The position numbers were made by a program, and so were the translations under genes. The notes under the pieces were generated by a model. That model did no database searches and was not told the origin of the DNA. It was given only the letters and a program-made list of their open reading frames with translations. From Malacoraja senta (Eukaryota), in assembly GCA_038087875.1 (NCBI GenBank), contig JAXLNO010000088.1, positions 59,649 to 79,648 on the forward strand: DNA of 20,000 nucleotides, given 5' to 3'. This document shows, piece after piece, positions 17,001 to 20,000 of this stretch. Position 1 is the first letter of the stretch, and every line of letters starts with the position of its first letter.

Positions 17001-20000
17001 ATGGCGTCCTCGCCGGATTTGTTGCGACCTTGCCGGATTTACGGGCGACCTTGCCGGAAATATGGCGACCTTGCCGGATTTGTGGCGAACTTGCCGGAAT
17101 GTGGCGACCTTGCCGGATTTATGGCGACCTTGCCGGATTTGTGGCGACTTTGCCGGAAATATGGCGACCTCGCCGGATTTATGGCGACCTTGCCGGATAT
17201 ATAGCGACCTTGCCGGAAATATGGCGACCTCGCCGAATTTGTGGCGAACTTGCCGGAAATATGGCGACCTTGCCGGAAATATGGGGACCTCGCCGGATTT
17301 ATGGCGACCTTGCCGGAAATATGGCGACCTCGCCGGAGTTATGGCGACCTTGGCGGAAATATGGCGACCTTGCTGGACTTCTGGCGAATTTGCCGGATTT
17401 ATGGCGACCTTGCCGGATTTGTGGCGTCCTTGCCGGAAATATGGCGACCTTGCGGATTTGTGGCGACATTGCCGGATTTATGGCGACCTTGCCGGAAATA
17501 TGGCGACCTTGCCAGATTTGTGGCGACCTTGCCGATTTATGGCGACCATGTCGGAAATATGGCGACCTTGCCGGATTTCTGGCGATCTTGCCGGATGTGT
17601 GGCGACCTTGCCGGAAATATGGCGACCTTGCCGGATTTCTGGCGACCTTGCCGGATTTATGGCGACCTTGCCGGATTTGTGGCGACTTTCCAGGAAATAT
17701 GGCGACCTCGCCGGATTTATGGCGACCTTGCCGGATATATAGCGACCTTGCTGGAAATATGGCGACCTCGCCGGATTTATGGCGTCCTTGCCGGAAATAT
17801 GGCAACATCGCCGGATTTATGGCGACCTTGCCGGATATATAGCGACCTTGCTGGAAATATGGCGACCTCGCCGGATTTATGGCGTCCTTGCCGGAAATAT
17901 GGCAACATCGCCGGATTTATGGCGACCTTGCCGGAAATATGGCGACCTCGCCGCATTTATGGCGACCTTGCCGGAAATATGGCGACCTTGCCGGAAATAT
18001 GGCCATGCCTGGTTTGTGGCGACCTTGCCGGATTTATGGCTACTATGACTGAATTATGGCGACCTTTCCGTATTTGTGGCGACATTGCCTGAAATATGGC
18101 GACCTCTTCGGATTTATGGCGACCTTGCAGGATTTGTGGCGAAGCCGGAAATATGGCGACCTCGCCGGATTTATGACGACCTTGCCGGATTTGTGGCGAC
18201 CTTGCCGGAAATATGGCGACCTCGCCGGATATATGGCGACCTTGCCAGAAATATGACGAGCTTGCCGGAAATATGTCGACCTTGCCGGATTTGTGGCGAC
18301 CTTGCCTGATTTATGGCGACATTGTCGAAAATATGGCGACCTTGCCGGGTTTGTGGCGACCTTGCCGGATTATATGGCGATCTTGCCGGAAATATGGCGA
18401 CGTTGCCGGATTTCTGACGACCTTGCCGGATTTATGGCGACCTTGCCGGATTTATGGCTACCTTTCCGGATTTGTGGCGACCTTGCCGGAAATATGGCGA
18501 CATCGTAGGATTTATGGCGACCTTGCCAGACTTGTGGCGACTTTGCCGGAAATATGGCGACATCGCCGCATTTATGGCGACCTTGCCGGAAATATGGCGA
18601 CCATGCCTGGTTTGTGGCGACCTTGCCGGATTTATGGCTACTATGACGGAATTATGGAGACCTTTCCGTATTTGTGGCGACATTGCCTGAAATATGGCGA
18701 CCTCTCCGGATTTATGGCGACCTTGCAGGATTTGTGGCGAAGCCGGAAATATGGCGACCTCGCCGGATTTATGACGACCTTGCCGGATTTGTGGCGACCT
18801 TGCCGGAAATATGGCGACCTCGCCGGATATATGGCGACCTTGCCAGAAATATGACGAGCTTGCCGGAAATATGTCGACCTCGCCGGATTTATGGCGATCA
18901 TGCCGGATTTATGGCGACCTTGCCGTAAATATGGCGATCTTGCCGGAAAAATGCCGACCTTGCCGGATTTACGGCGACCTCGCCGGATTTATGGCGACCA
19001 TGCCGGATTATGGCGACCTTGCCCGAATTATGGCGACCTTGCCGGTTTTGTGGCGAACTTGCCGGATTTATGGCGACCTTTCCGGATTTGTGGCGATCTT
19101 GCCGGAAATATGGCGACCTCGCCGGATTTATGGCGACCTTACCGGATTTGTGGCAACCTTGCCGGAAATATGGCGACCTCGCCGGATTTGTGGCGACCTT
19201 GCCGGATTTGTGACGACCGTGCCGGAAATATGGCGACCTCGCCGGATTTATGGCGACCTTACCGGATTTGTGGCAACCTTGCCGGAAATATGGCGACCTC
19301 GCCGGATTTGTGGCGGACCTTGTCGGATTTATGGCGACCGTGCCCGAAATATGGCGAACTTGATTTGTGGCGACCTTGCCGGATTTATGCCGACCTTGCC
19401 AGAAATATGGCGACCTAGCCGTATTTGAGGCGACCTTGCCGGACTTATGGCGACCTTGCCGGAAATATGGCGATCTCGCCGGATTTATGGCGGCCTCGCC
19501 GGATTTAGGACGACCTAGCCGGAAATGTGGCGACCTCGCCGGATTTATGGCGACCATGCCGGATTTATGGCGACCTTGCCCGAATTATGGCGACCTTGCC
19601 GGTTTTGTGGCGAACTTGCCGGATTTATGGCGACCTTTCGGATTTGTGGCGACCTTGCCGGAAATATGGCGATCTCGCCGGATTTATGGCGATCTTGCCG
19701 GATTTGTGGCGACCTTGCCGGAAATATGGCGACCTCGCCGGATTTGTGGCGACCTTGTCGGATTTATGGCGACCGTGCCCGTAATATGGCGAACTTGATT
19801 TGTGGCGACCTTGCCGGATTTATGCCGACCTTGCCAGAAATATGGCGACCTAGCCGTATTTGAGGCGACCTTGCCGGACTTATGGCGACCTTGCCGGAAA
19901 TGTGGCGATCTCGCCGGATTTATGGCGGCCTCGCCGGATTTAGGCCGACCTTGCCCGAATTATGGCGACCTTGCCGGTTTTGTGGCGAACTTGCCGGATT
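11001..20000. repeat. 20-bp CpG-rich tandem satellite, about 450 units, running off the window end
   Basis: Consensus TGGCGACCTTGCCGGA followed by TTTA, TTTG or AATA, uninterrupted for 9 kb. Confidence 0.99.
12021..20000. repeat. Higher-order repeat of the 20-bp satellite: copies starting ~12021, ~15736 and ~19549 (periods ~3715 and ~3813 bp)
   Basis: Rare variants recur in register: cctagccgtatttgagg at 12322/12757, 15601/16037/16471 and 19414/19849; tactatgac at 14231/14827 and 18041/18639. Confidence 0.92.

Noticed and set aside
11020..19863. Dozens of long overlapping ORFs (MATLPDLWRPCRIYGDLAGF repeats, up to 346 aa)
   Set aside because: A stop-free 20-bp unit yields the same 20-aa periodic peptide in all three frames. 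Frames are broken by indels, there is no codon-position bias in variants, and no unique N- or C-terminus exists.
11001..20000. CRISPR-like array
   Set aside because: No unique spacers (only a 4-nt three-state variable site), no cas genes, and the context is vertebrate TE sequence.

Overview
This window is repeat-only eukaryotic heterochromatin; I find no credible protein-coding gene, RNA gene or CRISPR array. The TE fragments (HER1/CR1-type LINE, HE1-type SINE, a Penelope-derived inverted repeat) resemble, from recall only, those of cartilaginous fishes, most likely a skate or ray. Positions 1-10980 are a mosaic of a degenerate 10-bp telomere-like satellite (GGGGTTTAGA)n and decayed TE pieces. 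They include a ~3.45-kb direct duplication (1-3439 vs 4067-7523) and a strand flip of the 10-bp satellite after 8930. Positions 11001-20000 are a 20-bp CpG-rich satellite (TGGCGACCTTGCCGGA[TTTA/TTTG/AATA]) with a ~1-kb unordered border, then a nested higher-order repeat of ~3.71-3.81 kb. The most unusual items are that hierarchical satellite and a non-coding GC-rich retroelement family. The family has one apparently complete 780-bp copy (YY1-motif 5' end, stem-loop/AATAAA/ATTCTG 3' end) and two longer copies with internal ~208-bp repeats. Nearly all ORFs in the supplied track are repeat artefacts.
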